A stretch of DNA of 64,000 nt. Source: an uncultured Haloferula sp. (GTDB taxonomy: Bacteria; Verrucomicrobiota; Verrucomicrobiia; Verrucomicrobiales; Akkermansiaceae). Under the pieces are notes generated by a model, which was not told the origin of the DNA, did no database searches, and saw nothing but the letters and a program-made list of their open reading frames with translations. The stretch's first letter is position 1. Every line of letters begins with the position of its first letter. The DNA is taken from positions 1-64,000 of the forward strand of contig CBFGTS010000010.1 in the NCBI GenBank assembly GCA_965652295.1, in the 5' to 3' direction. Both the position numbers and the translations under genes were made by a program. This document shows, one piece after another, positions 10,890 to 20,317 of the stretch.

Positions 10890-12218
10890 TCATACGGACA
10901 GGTGCTCGGAGGTGAGTTCGATGCGTTGTTTCTGAATGGCGGAGGGGTTGACCCAGTAGATCGGCGCCTCGCTTTCGAAGGCGTGGCGCGCGTCGCAGTT
11001 GAGGGTCGCCTCGCCGCGGACGGAGGCAAAGAAGTTTTCGAGGTGGGGCTGGTGGGGCGGTTTGTTGAGGTCCCCGGGGAGCTGGTAGACTTCCGGGGCG
11101 GCGGACTCGTAGGACTTGATGGCATCGCCGCCATCGGCCTTGGGCGCGGCGGCGGCGGCCTTTTTCAGGTAGCCGCGGGAGACCAGTTCGTCCCAAGAAG
11201 GGGCGGAGGACTCGCGGTAGATGTTGGTGTAGGCGGAGCGCTCGGAGATATCGATGGTGGCCTCGGTGCCCATGAAGGACTCGTAGTAGCCGCCGCCGGC
11301 GCTGGTGGTGGTGAGCACCTGGTAGAAGGCGCGGACGAGGCCCTGGGGCGTGTCGTAGTCGAAGAGCACCATGACGTTGTCGAAGTGCTCGCGGTCCTTG
11401 AAATAGGAGTGCCCGCCGGTGGCGTAGACGGCGTTCGGAGCGGTGCCGAGGAACCAGTTGTAGATGTCGATCTGGTGCGCACCGAGGTCGGAGATGGGCC
11501 CGCCGGAAAGGTCGCGGTAGGTGCGCCAGTTCATGAACTGGTGCATGTCCTTGAAGCCGTATTTCTCGAGGACGTCCTGCTGGATGGTGAGCTTTGGGTT
11601 GTAACCGATGTCCTGCGAGGAGGTGACGGCGCGGTTCCACTGGCCGTTGATGTTGACGATCTGGCCGCAGATCTGTTTCCCGCGGATGAGCTGCTCGAGG
11701 GTGTAGAGGTAGCGGGGGTTGGAGCGGCGCTGGTGGCCGATCTGGCAGAGCTTCCCGGTGCGCTCCATGGCGTGGACCATCTCGCGCGCGGCGTCGATGG
11801 TGTGAGCCATCATCTTCTCGCAGTAGACGTGCAGGCCGGACTCGAGGCACTTGATGGTGTGGGGGGAGTGCCAGAAATCGGGGGTGGCGACGATGGCGGC
11901 ATCGAGGTCCTTCTCGGTGGCGAGCATTTCGTCGATGTCGGTGTAGCCCTTCGGCAGCGACCCCTGGCGGGCGCGGCATTTGGCCATGCCGGCCTTGAGG
12001 TTGTAGTCCCAGATGTCGCAGACGGCCTGGAAATGAATGCCGGGGATGTTCGCCATGGCCTCGAACAGGACCTTGCCCTGCTTGCCGAAGCCGACGAGGG
12101 CGACGTTGATTTTCTCCGACGGGCTTTCGGCGGCCCTGAGGATGGCGGGCGCGCCGAGGACGAGGCCGGCGCCGGCGGAGCGGGCGAGGAAATTCCGGCG
12201 GTTGAGTGGGGCGTTCAT
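10890..12218 (-). CDS. Tat-exported Gfo/Idh/MocA family oxidoreductase
   Basis: Tat motif [43 protein letters not shown]. Confidence 0.92.
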   Translation of the reverse strand: MNAPLNRRNFLARSAGAGLVLGAPAILRAAESPSEKINVALVGFGKQGKVLFEAMANIPGIHFQAVCDIWDYNLKAGMAKCRARQGSLPKGYTDIDEMLATEKDLDAAIVATPDFWHSPHTIKCLESGLHVYCEKMMAHTIDAAREMVHAMERTGKLCQIGHQRRSNPRYLYTLEQLIRGKQICGQIVNINGQWNRAVTSSQDIGYNPKLTIQQDVLEKYGFKDMHQFMNWRTYRDLSGGPISDLGAHQIDIYNWFLGTAPNAVYATGGHSYFKDREHFDNVMVLFDYDTPQGLVRAFYQVLTTTSAGGGYYESFMGTEATIDISERSAYTNIYRESSAPSWDELVSRGYLKKAAAAAPKADGGDAIKSYESAAPEVYQLPGDLNKPPHQPHLENFFASVRGEATLNCDARHAFESEAPIYWVNPSAIQKQRIELTSEHLSV

Positions 12219-12219
12219 G

Positions 12220-12738
12220 TTACCACTTCTTGAGGATGCGGAGGCGGTCGTAACGGACGAGCGCGAGGGCGGCGACGATGAGGATCAGGTGGGCGGCGAG
12301 CCAGGCGATGCCGCCGTCTTCCTTGATCAGGATCAGACCCCAGGTGAGGCCGATGTAGAGCAGGCCGAGGGCGAAGAGCGAAAGCCGGCTGGCGATGCCG
12401 AGGAGGATGGCGACGCCGAGCAGGATCAGCGCAGGACCGAGGGTCTTGTCGAAGGTCCTGAGTGCCCAGCCGGCCATCAGAGGCTCGCCGGCGAACTTCT
12501 CGTAAAGGGCGGCGGGGACGCCGTGGTAGTTTTCCGCGGCGTAGCTTTTGGTGACGGCGGCATCGGTGAGGCCGTAGGCGTTCGGCTCACCATCGATGTT
12601 GACGGCGGTGTCCGCCATGGCGGTTCCGGCGTATTTTTCGATGCCGGTCTGGATGGCCCGCACCGCCAGCCAGAGGCGGGCGAGTATGGCTCCAAGGGCG
12701 AGGGCGAGGGTGTCGGGCTTGGGATCTTCGTCTTTCAT
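12220..12738 (-). CDS. DoxX-like membrane protein
   Basis: About four TM helices; ARLWLAVRAIQTGIEKY pattern; 1-nt gap to the oxidoreductase. Confidence 0.6.
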   Translation of the reverse strand: MKDEDPKPDTLALALGAILARLWLAVRAIQTGIEKYAGTAMADTAVNIDGEPNAYGLTDAAVTKSYAAENYHGVPAALYEKFAGEPLMAGWALRTFDKTLGPALILLGVAILLGIASRLSLFALGLLYIGLTWGLILIKEDGGIAWLAAHLILIVAALALVRYDRLRILKKW

Positions 12739-12909
12739 GCGTTGACGCCCATCCTACGTGGGTGTCCGCGGGAGTCTCTCACGGAAGGTGGGGAGTTGCG
12801 TCAGCGGGCGCGGGAACGGGCTTTTTGCCGGTATGCGGGTCGGAGCACGACCGCGCGTTCGCCGCGGAATTGCTGACGGCGCTGTGGTTTCCTCGCCCGG
12901 AGTCAGAGC

Positions 12910-15345
12910 TTATGGCGGGGAGATTTCCGAAATGTTGAGCCGCAGGAACCGCCGGGCCTCGTCCGCGACGGTCACCTCGGACTTCCGCCACTCAAGGGGA
13001 GGTTCGCTGGAAACGGCCGCGTCGGTGAGGTCGTCCCAGTCCATGAGGTTGATCGATCCTTCGACCTTCAGCAGGACGTCGGTGGCGAGGAGATTCCGAG
13101 GGAAATTCAGCCGGAAGGTCCCGTCGGCCATATCCACGGAAACCGGATCGGCCTCAGCCGCCCGCGGATCGGTTCCGGTGGCGTACTCGTAAAGGTTCTG
13201 GCGGCCGTCACCGTCGGGATCGGCTTGGTTTCCCCATAGACCGGCTTCCAGTCCGGCATCCGCAAGTTCGCCCGCGGAGAAATGCTCCGTCCTCCATCCC
13301 TGGATGGCCGATGGGGCGTCGACTTCCGAAACGACGACCTCCATGGCCCCGATGTAGGCGAAGCCGCCCGCCACCGTGAGCATGTCGACGAAGACCTGGC
13401 CATAGGCATCCGGCCGAACCCCCGGAATCACCACGACTTCATCGTCGTTCCCATCGTAGGTGCCATTGCTGCCGATATCCGCGCCACTCGTCTGCAGCTC
13501 GGCAACGTGGATCCCGGACCCGTAAATCGAGTATTCCGTGGTGCGGACCTGGGCGTTTTCCCGGGTGGCGAAAATCCGGAACTCATAGGACAGGGCGGGA
13601 TCCAGGCCGGTCAGCATGAAACCGCCCGGTGAGTCATCATCGCCGCCGCCATCGAGGTCGTCCGCGGTGGAAAAGAAATAATCCTCCGTGGCGGTTTCGA
13701 TCGCGAGGTCTCCGAGCAGGACGTCGCTGGGGCCGTTGACGCCGAACAAGCCTCCGTTCCGCAAGCCATTGACCGAGAAGCCGCCGGTGATGATCCACCG
13801 CACTCCGGTGGATTCTCCATCGGCGGTGACGATCCCGTTCTTGTGCTCGCCGGCATTGATGCCCGCGCCGCCATTGATGCCATACCAGTTGTTCCAATGG
13901 TTCCCGTTGGAATCAGGGCTCGGGGTGTCGTGGCCGTCGATCTGAAGCACGTCGTCGGGCCCGAAGTCGAACAGCAACCGATCGCCCGCTGTGAGTCCCT
14001 CGCCGGAATAGGCGGGTTTGTTTGGCGGAACCACCGCCTCCACCGCCGGCCGGATGACTCCCAGCCACTCGGCGTAACCCGCACGGTTCAGGTGGATCGG
14101 ATCCACGTAGAGCGCGTCGAGGTCCTCCGGGCTCAGGTTTTCAAACAGGGCGGGGAGGTCGATGTAATAGGTGTTCGGGTCCGTATCGGCGGTGGCCTGA
14201 ATGAGGCTGTTGGCCGTCAGGCGCGCGTCCGTGGTGCCCGCGTTCGCCTGGGTCCGGGTCACGCCGAGGTAGAAAAAGGGAACGTCCGGCATTTGTCGGC
14301 GGAGCAGCATCAGGAAGGTCCGGAAATCTTCGTGCACCTGCTCGCCGCTGCGGCCGCCGCTGAGGTCGTTGGTGCCCGCCCACATGACGATCGCCGATGG
14401 CTGGTAAGGTTCCACGATGTGAGGGATGGCCGCGTCCATTTCCGCGAGCCACGACCCGCCCCAGGCGCGCTGGACGACGTGGTAGTCCGCAAAATCGCGC
14501 GTCACGGATTCCCACCGGCGGATGCTGGAGCTGCCGATGAAAAGCACGGAGCCCTGTTCGGGGGGATCGATCTGGTCCTGATTGACCCAGGCGGAAAGAT
14601 GCCCCGGAGCGGCACCGGGAATCTCGGGCACCACGTCCTCTTCCACGATCTCCATCAACCCGAGGTAGGCGAAGTCTCCTTCGGCGATGGTCAGGGTGAG
14701 GGTCACCGAGCCGTTCGTGTCCGCCTGCACGTCGTCGAATTGGAGCAGCGTGTCGTTGTTTCCGTTCGGTCGCTCCGCACTTCCAGAGCCCGGGCCGGAG
14801 GTTTGCAGGATCTGTTGTTGCTGCCCGCTGGCGGCTTGAATCGTATAGATCGAGCGCCGCACCGACGGCGTATCGCGGGTGCCGAAAAAGCGGAATCGGT
14901 AGAGCCGGTCGGGTTTCAGGTTGGAAATGGTCAAGGTTCCGCTTCCTCCGCCGTTACCGCCGTTCTCGACAAAGAAGTAGTCCTGGGTGGCGGTGGCGAC
15001 CGCCAGATCTCCGAGCAGCGCCGGATCGGGATCGAGCAGCCCGCCATTGAAGATGCCGTTCGAGCGCCAGATTCCGCCGGAAAGGGTGATGCCGATCGGG
15101 GTCGGAGTGTTGTCCGTTTCGACCAGGTTCGGCACCGACGAACCCGCGGGTTGTTCGAAATCGGCCGTGCCCATGTTGTTCCAATACCGGTCTTGGGCGT
15201 CGGGACTGGAGGTCGGCGCACCGTCCGTTCCGTTGTTCCGTCCGAAATCGACCAAGATCGTGCCTGCTTGTGTATACGATCCGGCCAGTAAAATCGCGAG
15301 GCAAGCAGCTACGGAGGCTTTCCTCAACCTTGGGTTGTTTTTCAT
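12910..15345 (-). CDS. Secreted SGNH/GDSL esterase flanked by two copies of an uncharacterised ~190-aa domain, with C-terminal FxRL domain
   Basis: Signal peptide from MKNNPRLRK; SGNH blocks FIGSSSIRRW, RAWGGS, WAGTNDL, DPIHLNRAGY; repeated DFG...W(N)N...NGGL...LLGDLA..TAT.DYFF modules; ends RRFLRLNISEISPP. Confidence 0.85.
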   Translation of the reverse strand: MKNNPRLRKASVAACLAILLAGSYTQAGTILVDFGRNNGTDGAPTSSPDAQDRYWNNMGTADFEQPAGSSVPNLVETDNTPTPIGITLSGGIWRSNGIFNGGLLDPDPALLGDLAVATATQDYFFVENGGNGGGSGTLTISNLKPDRLYRFRFFGTRDTPSVRRSIYTIQAASGQQQQILQTSGPGSGSAERPNGNNDTLLQFDDVQADTNGSVTLTLTIAEGDFAYLGLMEIVEEDVVPEIPGAAPGHLSAWVNQDQIDPPEQGSVLFIGSSSIRRWESVTRDFADYHVVQRAWGGSWLAEMDAAIPHIVEPYQPSAIVMWAGTNDLSGGRSGEQVHEDFRTFLMLLRRQMPDVPFFYLGVTRTQANAGTTDARLTANSLIQATADTDPNTYYIDLPALFENLSPEDLDALYVDPIHLNRAGYAEWLGVIRPAVEAVVPPNKPAYSGEGLTAGDRLLFDFGPDDVLQIDGHDTPSPDSNGNHWNNWYGINGGAGINAGEHKNGIVTADGESTGVRWIITGGFSVNGLRNGGLFGVNGPSDVLLGDLAIETATEDYFFSTADDLDGGGDDDSPGGFMLTGLDPALSYEFRIFATRENAQVRTTEYSIYGSGIHVAELQTSGADIGSNGTYDGNDDEVVVIPGVRPDAYGQVFVDMLTVAGGFAYIGAMEVVVSEVDAPSAIQGWRTEHFSAGELADAGLEAGLWGNQADPDGDGRQNLYEYATGTDPRAAEADPVSVDMADGTFRLNFPRNLLATDVLLKVEGSINLMDWDDLTDAAVSSEPPLEWRKSEVTVADEARRFLRLNISEISPP

Positions 15346-15392
15346 AGAGGGTATCGCTACCCAATTCGCCGGGCTGAAGCCTGTCCAGAATA

Positions 15393-15402
15393 TTGTATAC
15401 AA
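15393..15402. promoter_or_regulatory. GntR (MatR/MdcY-type) operator TTGTATACAA upstream of the SGNH esterase
   Basis: Perfect 10-bp palindrome about 48 nt before the ATG at 15345; identical copies at 18077 and 18853. Confidence 0.8.
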
Positions 15403-15410
15403 AACGAACT

Positions 15411-16886
15411 TCAGCGGAAGATGTTCGCGAGTTCTCGTTTCGCGACCTTTCCCATCGCATTGCGCGGAAGCGCGTCCAGATGCCTGAGTTTGCGTGGCAG
15501 TTTGTAGGCGGAAAGCCGCGTCGCTCCCCACTCCCTGAGATCGTCCAGCTCGGGCATTTTTTCTCCTGTCGGCACGATGGCCATGGCGACGATTTCCCCC
15601 CACACGTCATCCGGCAGCCCGAGCACCGCGCACTCGGACACGGAAGGGTGGTCCAGATAGACCGCTTCGATCTCAAGGGCCGAAAGCTTGTAGCCGCCGC
15701 ATTTGATGATGTCCACGGAGAGGCGGCCGAGGATCCGGTAGTAGCCGTCTTCCAGGATCCCGAGATCGCCCGTGCGGAACCAGCCATCGACGAAGGCTTT
15801 CCCGGTTGCCTCCGGCTGGTTCCAGTATCCGCTGAACAAGGCGGGTCCACGAACCTGGATCTCGCCGGGCTCTCCCGTGCCGGTGACGTCTTCGCCGTGT
15901 TCGTTGCGAAGCCGCACCTCGACGCCGGGCAGTGGCTGCCCCACGGTGCCGCAGCGGCGTTCACCGTGGTAGGGATTGGAGAGAATCATGCCCGTTTCCG
16001 TCATGCCATAGCGCTCCAGCAGCACTTGTCCGGTGAGCCGGAGCCAGCGTTCGTGGAGGGACGGGGGAAGCGCCGCCGAGCCCGAGACCATCAACCGCAG
16101 ATGGCGGAAACCCTCGACCGCCCGAGGATCGGTGCCGCGTTCCAAGCGCTGCGCCAGCTTGGCATAGATCGTCGGCACCGCCATGAAGACGGTGAACGCC
16201 CCGTCGGCAAGTCGGGCGAGAACCGCATCCGCCTCGAAGTGCGGAAAGGTTTCCACGCACGCGCCGGACCACAACGCACAGCTCTGGACGTTGATGATGC
16301 CATGTACGTGATGCAGCGGCAGGAACAGCGGGATCCGGTCGTCCGGGCGCCACTCCCAGGCCTCGCACAGCGCCGAGATCTGGGCGGCGAGGGCACCATG
16401 GGTCGTTACCACGCCTTTCGGCCTGCTGGTGGTGCCACTGGTGTAGAGGATCATCGCCGGCTCCTTCGCCGGGACCTCCGGCAACGGCCGCGGGTCGGCG
16501 TGGACCAGCCGTGAAAAGGATGTCCAGCGGGTGCCAGCCGGCAGGGCTGGGGGTGGCGTTTCGGCATCCGTGACGAACCAGCTCGCTCCGGTGTCCTCCA
16601 GCACGTAGTCGCGCTCATTCCGGGTCGCCGAGCCGGACACGGGGACCGCCACTCCGCCCGCCCGCCAGATGGCCCACTGCATCGCCACGTGGTGGAAGCC
16701 TGCCGGGATCTGGAAGGCCACGCGTTCGCCGTGCAGCGACGGGTTTTCGCCGAGCAGGGACGATGCGATGATCCCGGAGGTTTCGAGCAGATCGGCGTAG
16801 CGATGGAGGGTCGCGCCGTCCCTGAGGGCGATCCTGCCGGCGTGGCGCATGGCGCGTGCGATGATCGGAAGCGAATCGGATGACAT
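15411..16886 (-). CDS. matB: Malonyl-CoA synthetase (MatB-like acyl-CoA synthetase)
   Basis: YTSGTTSRPKG, LPLHHVHG, FMAVPTIY, SGSAALP, ERYGMTETGM, GWFRTGD, LPRNAMGKV; adjacent to madLM. Confidence 0.85.
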   Translation of the reverse strand: MSSDSLPIIARAMRHAGRIALRDGATLHRYADLLETSGIIASSLLGENPSLHGERVAFQIPAGFHHVAMQWAIWRAGGVAVPVSGSATRNERDYVLEDTGASWFVTDAETPPPALPAGTRWTSFSRLVHADPRPLPEVPAKEPAMILYTSGTTSRPKGVVTTHGALAAQISALCEAWEWRPDDRIPLFLPLHHVHGIINVQSCALWSGACVETFPHFEADAVLARLADGAFTVFMAVPTIYAKLAQRLERGTDPRAVEGFRHLRLMVSGSAALPPSLHERWLRLTGQVLLERYGMTETGMILSNPYHGERRCGTVGQPLPGVEVRLRNEHGEDVTGTGEPGEIQVRGPALFSGYWNQPEATGKAFVDGWFRTGDLGILEDGYYRILGRLSVDIIKCGGYKLSALEIEAVYLDHPSVSECAVLGLPDDVWGEIVAMAIVPTGEKMPELDDLREWGATRLSAYKLPRKLRHLDALPRNAMGKVAKRELANIFR

Positions 16887-16889
16887 GGT

Positions 16890-17651
16890 TCAAACCAGGG
16901 AGCGGACGATGAAAAACAGCAGGGAAGGGCAGAGAAGGCAGCCGAGTCCGGTGTAAAAGGTGGCGGTCATCGCGCCGTAGGGAACGAGCTTCGGGTCGGT
17001 GGCGGCCAGGCCACCGGCGACGCCGCTGGTGGTTCCCATCAGCCCGCCGAAAACCATCGCGGAGCGGGGGTTGTCGAGACCGATCCGCTTCGCGAAGAGA
17101 GGGGTGAGGATCATCACGAGGATGGATTTCACCAAGCCGGTGGCGACGCTCAGTGCGATCACCTCGGACTCCGCGCCCAAGGCGGATCCTGTGACGGGCC
17201 CCACGATATAGGTCGCCGCGCCGGCCCCCAGAGTGGTCATGCTGACCGCGTCGCGGTATCCCGCCGCATAAGCGACCACGGCACCCACGGCGAAGGACAA
17301 GATCACCCCGACCAGCAGCGACACCACGCCGCCCGGACCGGCCTTGCGGAGTTCGTCCAGCCCCACGCCCATCGCGGTGGCGACGATGGCGATGTCGCGG
17401 ATCATCGCACCGCCGAGCAGGCCCACGCCAGCCAGCAGCGGGACATCGGCCAAGCCGCGCGTGCCTTCCGTCGCGATGCCGCCCCAGTAGGCGAAAGCCA
17501 AGCCGAGGAAGATCGCAATCGCCGAGCCGTGGATCCTTTTCCGCGTGAGCCGTGCGGAGACGGAGTAGGAAAAAAGCATCACTGCGCCCACAAACACGAA
17601 GGCCACCACCAGAGGGTATTTGCCGCAGATTTCGTCCAGGATCTCCCTCAC
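16890..17651 (-). CDS. madM: Malonate transporter subunit MadM
   Basis: RIHGSAIAIFLGL, GGAMIRDIAIVAT, GAATYIVGPVTG, GTTSGVAGGLAATDPKLVPYGAMTATFYTGLGCL. Confidence 0.95.
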   Translation of the reverse strand: MREILDEICGKYPLVVAFVFVGAVMLFSYSVSARLTRKRIHGSAIAIFLGLAFAYWGGIATEGTRGLADVPLLAGVGLLGGAMIRDIAIVATAMGVGLDELRKAGPGGVVSLLVGVILSFAVGAVVAYAAGYRDAVSMTTLGAGAATYIVGPVTGSALGAESEVIALSVATGLVKSILVMILTPLFAKRIGLDNPRSAMVFGGLMGTTSGVAGGLAATDPKLVPYGAMTATFYTGLGCLLCPSLLFFIVRSLV

Positions 17652-18034
17652 GGATCACCTCCTTCTTGCGTCTTCGAAGCGTCCGCCCCGATGCGAGTGA
17701 TCCAAGGCACCAGAGCGAAGCACAAGAGCACCGCTCCCGCCCCGGCCACCAACGCGACCCACCCGCCCAGCACCGCCGCGCGCACATTCTGGGAGGCTGC
17801 CATCGCCACCGTCACCGGGATGTAGATGGAGCTCCAGAACAGCACTCCGCCCTCCGTGACCGGGGGAAACCGGTGAGACTTCCTCAGTCGGTCGCTGGAA
17901 GCCATCAGCAGCAGCATCGCCATGCCCACTCCGCCCACGTCCGCGTCGATCCCCAGGATCCATCCCAGGCAGCGCCCCGCCAGTAATCCGACGAGGAGGC
18001 ATCCACAAAGCAGAGCGGTTCCGTAAATGGCCAT
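17648..18034 (-). CDS. madL: Malonate transporter subunit MadL
   Basis: MAIYGTALL, DADVGGVGMAMLLL, FWSSIYIPVTVAMAASQNV; overlaps madM by 4 nt. Confidence 0.95.
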   Translation of the reverse strand: MAIYGTALLCGCLLVGLLAGRCLGWILGIDADVGGVGMAMLLLMASSDRLRKSHRFPPVTEGGVLFWSSIYIPVTVAMAASQNVRAAVLGGWVALVAGAGAVLLCFALVPWITRIGADASKTQEGGDP

Positions 18035-18076
18035 GAAATCAATCCGGAGGTCTCTTTGGCTATGAGGGTCGAGCTA

Positions 18077-18086
18077 TTGTATACAA
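18077..18086. promoter_or_regulatory. GntR (MatR/MdcY-type) operator TTGTATACAA in the divergent madL/gntR promoter region
   Basis: Perfect palindrome between the starts at 18034 (-) and 18136 (+). Confidence 0.85.
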
Positions 18087-18135
18087 GTGAAAAGGCAATT
18101 GGAGAACGCCGGATGACACTCTAGCATCTGCCCCC

Positions 18136-18795
18136 ATGGCGAGGAAAAGCGCTGACGACATCCGGAAAACGCTCGAAGAACAAATCCTCGAAGGCGAGTG
18201 GCAGAATGGAGAACGGCTGGACGAGGTCCTGCTTGCGGAGCGCTTCGGTGTCTCGCGCACCCCGCTTCGCGAAGCCCTTCGCATGCTGTCCGGCTCGGGG
18301 CTTATCGAGCTGGTTCCCCGCCGCGGAGCCTTCGTCCGCCACCCGGACATGGTCGAGCTGGTCGAGATGTTCGAGGTCATGGCCGAACTCGAAGCTTTCT
18401 GTGGCCGTCTCGTCGCCCGCCGCATCACGGCCGCCGAGTTGGTCGCGCTGTCCGCCTCTGCCTCCGCCTGTGAAGCTGCCTGCGGAAGGGATGACCCGGA
18501 TGCCTATTACATTTCGAACGAGCAGTTTCACCAAACCATCTACCGGGCCGCCGGAAACGCCTTTCTGACCTTGGAAACCACGCGCCTTCAAAAAAGGCTG
18601 CGCCCTTTTCGCCGTATGCAGCTCCGCCTCGCGGGAAGGCTCCGCCAGTCTTTGGACGAGCACGGGGTGATCCTGAGGGCCCTTCGTGATCACGACTCGG
18701 AGACCGCGGCGAGCGCCCTGCGGTCCCACGTCGCGGTCCAGGGGGAGAAATTCCATCTGCTTCACTCCGCTCTCGAATCCTCGCAGAGGAGCTGA
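18136..18795 (+). CDS. GntR/FadR-family (FCD) regulator, probable malonate regulator (MatR/MdcY-like)
   Basis: LAERFGVSRTPLREAL HTH; FCD motifs NEQFH and SLDEH; divergent from madLM-matB. Confidence 0.9.
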   Translation: MARKSADDIRKTLEEQILEGEWQNGERLDEVLLAERFGVSRTPLREALRMLSGSGLIELVPRRGAFVRHPDMVELVEMFEVMAELEAFCGRLVARRITAAELVALSASASACEAACGRDDPDAYYISNEQFHQTIYRAAGNAFLTLETTRLQKRLRPFRRMQLRLAGRLRQSLDEHGVILRALRDHDSETAASALRSHVAVQGEKFHLLHSALESSQRS

Positions 18796-18850
18796 GTTTT
18801 TCCGAAGCCCGCGGCCGATTCCTACCTTAGTGGGCGAGAACTCGCGGATT

Positions 18851-18864
18851 AATTGTATACAATT
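18851..18864. promoter_or_regulatory. GntR operator AATTGTATACAATT upstream of the PEP-CTERM gene
   Basis: Perfect 14-bp palindrome about 96 nt before the ATG at 18960. Confidence 0.85.
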
Positions 18865-18959
18865 TCGTTGACGGAGGGTGTCGATTTCGTCATTCCGCTG
18901 GGAATCAGGGAATATGACGCCCTGTCCCGTATACAGACCAACCCACAAAACCCCTCCCC

Positions 18960-19748
18960 ATGAACAACCCAAGACTCCCAAGCAGCGTCAACCGATGGAT
19001 CGTCGCCGGTCTCACCTGCTTCTGCGGCCAAGCCATGGCTCTCACCGTGCTCGTTGATTTCGGCAACCACGGCGGCGGCAACGGCAATCCAACCGTCAAT
19101 CCCGATGGCAACGGGAACTACTGGAACAGCCTTTCCAACGGCGAGTTCCAGATCCCGGCCAGCAGCGCGTTTGGCAGCTTGATCGATACCGGCAACCAAG
19201 CGACCACCATCAGCATCACCACCACCAGCATCTGGCGCTCGAACGGAGTGTTCAACGGCGGCCTGCTGAGTCCGTCGTCCGCGCTGCTCGGCGATTTTGC
19301 CGTGGCGACCGCCACTCAGGATTACTGGTTCACGGAGGCCGGCGGCAGCCCGGCCTTGAACAACGAGTCGACGCTCACCATCGGTGGTCTCGACCCCGCT
19401 AAAACCTACAATTTCCGACTTTTCGGTACCCGGAATTCCGACGCCGGAACGCGCGAAACCACCTACACCCTGGAGGGTAGCAACGGCCCATTCGCCGCCA
19501 GCCTGATCACCACCGGGCTCAACATCGGCAGCGACGGGATCTATGATGGCAACGACGACACCATCGTGAGCATCAACGGCGTTGCCCCGGATGCCTTGGG
19601 CGGCATCGATCTCACCCTTCAGGCGGTGCAGGGGAACTTCGGCTACCTCGGCATCATGGAGATCTCCGAAGTTCCCGAGCCGGGCTCGACGCTGCTGGTT
19701 GCCGCGGCCGGCATCCTCGGTCTTGCCCGTCGCCGCCGTAGCGCCTGA
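18960..19748 (+). CDS. PEP-CTERM surface protein made of one copy of the domain repeated in the SGNH esterase
   Basis: Signal peptide; C-terminal VPEPGSTLLVAAAGILGLARRRR; IWRSNGVFNGGLLSPSSALLGDFAVATATQDYWF matches esterase IWRSNGIFNGGLLDPDPALLGDLAVATATQDYFF. Confidence 0.9.
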   Translation: MNNPRLPSSVNRWIVAGLTCFCGQAMALTVLVDFGNHGGGNGNPTVNPDGNGNYWNSLSNGEFQIPASSAFGSLIDTGNQATTISITTTSIWRSNGVFNGGLLSPSSALLGDFAVATATQDYWFTEAGGSPALNNESTLTIGGLDPAKTYNFRLFGTRNSDAGTRETTYTLEGSNGPFAASLITTGLNIGSDGIYDGNDDTIVSINGVAPDALGGIDLTLQAVQGNFGYLGIMEISEVPEPGSTLLVAAAGILGLARRRRSA

Positions 19749-19766
19749 GGAGCGCTTTCACCCCTC

Positions 19767-19798
19767 AGCCCGGCCCCCTCGCGGCGGTCGGGCTTTTT
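19767..19798 (+). terminator. Rho-independent terminator
   Basis: Stem AGCCCGGCC / GGTCGGGCT followed by a T run, 19 nt after the PEP-CTERM stop. Confidence 0.7.
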
Positions 19799-19806
19799 CG
19801 CGTCCC

Positions 19807-20250
19807 TCAATCCGAAGAGGCGATGAACTTCGCCACTTCGATTCGTTCCTTCTCACCACCGGATTCCTCGGATGCGGTCAAGGTCAGGAATTTCCCGTCC
19901 TCCGACCACTCGGCTTTGGTGACGTAGCGTCCGCCGATCACCCACTCCAAGCGCGTTTCCGGGTCTTTCCGAAACTCCTTTGCTTTCAGATTCAGCAGAA
20001 AGTGGCGGCAATCGTCGTCTGGCATCGCTTCGCGCACGAGGAGGACTTCTCCGTTCGGGCTGAAGGACACCGGAGCCGCGTCGCGCACGCTCGCCAATAC
20101 CTTTCCCTCGCGTGTGATCACCGTGTCGCGTCCTCCTTCATCGCCATTCTCAACCGGCGTGGCCCTGTAGCCGGCCGCGGATTCGATCTCGTCGGCCGAG
20201 GCGGTGAAGCCGGAGGCGAGCAGCGCCAGTATCAGGGTGAGGATTTTCAT
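19807..20250 (-). CDS. Secreted hypothetical protein
   Basis: Signal peptide MKILTLILALLASGFTASA; FSPNG and WSEDG propeller-blade-like motifs. Confidence 0.65.
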   Translation of the reverse strand: MKILTLILALLASGFTASADEIESAAGYRATPVENGDEGGRDTVITREGKVLASVRDAAPVSFSPNGEVLLVREAMPDDDCRHFLLNLKAKEFRKDPETRLEWVIGGRYVTKAEWSEDGKFLTLTASEESGGEKERIEVAKFIASSD

Positions 20251-20317
20251 TCCTCATGCTCGTCAGGTCCGGAACCCGATCTCAAGCGGCAATCGTGCGC
20301 TCGGGGGGGCGCGGTCG

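Noticed and set aside
15268..15278. TGTATAC cores at about 15271 and GTATAC at about 18929 as additional operators
   Set aside because: The flanks are not palindromic and the first lies inside coding sequence; weak secondary sites at best.
13340..19680. Repeated domain as a possible diversity-generating retroelement TR/VR pair
   Set aside because: The copies are diverged protein paralogues rather than near-identical DNA differing at adenines, and there is no reverse transcriptase in the window.
20261..20300. TCAGGTCCGGAA resembling the SRP RNA core
   Set aside because: It lacks the following GGAAGCAGC and the enclosing hairpin; it lies in a short spacer between co-oriented genes.
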